Shown here piece by piece: positions 63,653-64,000 of a stretch of DNA of 64,000 nt. The stretch is from a virus. Taxonomy: Duplodnaviria; Heunggongvirae; Uroviricota; Caudoviricetes. The position numbers were made by a program, and so were the translations under genes. Numbering within the stretch: the first letter of the stretch is position 1; each line of letters opens with the position of its first letter. The stretch is from the IMG/VR virus record IMGVR_UViG_3300011772_000022, positions 16,259 to 80,258 of that record. The stretch is one strand, 5' to 3'. Under the pieces are notes generated by a model. The model saw nothing but the letters and a program-made list of their open reading frames with translations, made no database searches and was not told the origin of the DNA.

Positions 63653-63868
63653 TTAAATGTAAATTGCTTTCGCTTCTAAAAGAACACGTTTCGCATCTTG
63701 TGATACTTCCGTCTCTTTACCTGCAACGAAATCATACCAGTCAGCACCGATTTTACGTTTACCTGTAAATTTCGGAGTAACCTTCGTTAATTTATCCTGT
63801 ACGACTACAGGTGCTTTCTCCCTCTTAGGAGTAGCTTCTTTTACTTCCTCATTCCCTTTTGTCGCCAT
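63653..63868 (-). CDS. hypothetical protein (71 aa), Lys-rich
   Basis: ORF. Confidence 0.45.
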   Translation of the reverse strand: MATKGNEEVKEATPKREKAPVVVQDKLTKVTPKFTGKRKIGADWYDFVAGKETEVSQDAKRVLLEAKAIYI

Positions 63869-64000
63869 ACGTAACTCATCTCCTCTGAGCTTCTTAATTG
63901 TTCAGGAGTCGGTTTGTTAGGATTGTAGTTATCCCACACTCCCGGTTGCGCCTTAACCTCAACGGAAACGGCTTTTTCAGCTTTCTCTCCATCTTTGTCA
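63841..64000 (-). CDS. C-terminal fragment of a gene continuing past the right edge
   Basis: Open minus-strand frame ..DKDGEKAEKAVSVEVKAQPGVWDNYNPNKPTPEQLRSSEEMSYVWRQKGMRK* ending at the TAA at 63841-63843. Confidence 0.3.
   Translation of the reverse strand, partial: DKDGEKAEKAVSVEVKAQPGVWDNYNPNKPTPEQLRSSEEMSYVWRQKGMRK

Overview
64-kb window of a tailed (contractile-tail, myovirus-type) phage genome from a low-GC Firmicute host. The host call rests on pervasive strong AGGAGG-type RBSs and AT-rich codons. Nearly every gene is on the minus strand, tightly packed and often translationally coupled (ATGA/TAATG overlaps). No integrase, tRNA or CRISPR array was seen. The six-frame track shows TTG/GTG starts as M, so several starts were re-assigned to the nearest ATG with an RBS. 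(1) 1-27 kb, DNA metabolism/early region: RecA-like recombinase (N-terminal fragment at the left edge), a family-A DNA polymerase interrupted inside motif A by a ~250-nt putative group I intron, a Zn-finger SSB-like protein with a Q/G/Y-rich tail, an SF2 helicase, a DnaG-like primase, a DnaB-like helicase with DnaC-like loader and replisome organizer, and many small Cys-rich ORFs. (2) 27-33.5 kb, accessory island: membrane-anchored FtsK/SpoIIIE-like ATPase, YdjM-like membrane hydrolase, SPFH/band-7 protein, and the only plus-strand gene, a free-standing HNH endonuclease with its own sigma-A promoter and terminator. (3) 33.5-35 kb, lysis cassette: holin, GH25 endolysin, XhlA-like protein. (4) 35-64 kb, tail module: three tandem paralogous ~360-aa proteins, NHD-motif tail fibres, three LamG-like tail proteins, a P2-like baseplate set (gpI, gpJ, gp25/W, gpV-like), LysM proteins, a 1605-aa tape measure, a chaperone pair with a canonical -1 frameshift site, tail tube and tail sheath. 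Most notable: a ~78-bp element with two tandem 15-bp palindromes (GTAAAGAWTCTTTAC) present three times in the same orientation in intergenic gaps; a second palindromic motif (ACCTGTTATAATAGGT) containing an extended -10; and a candidate plus-strand sRNA unit.
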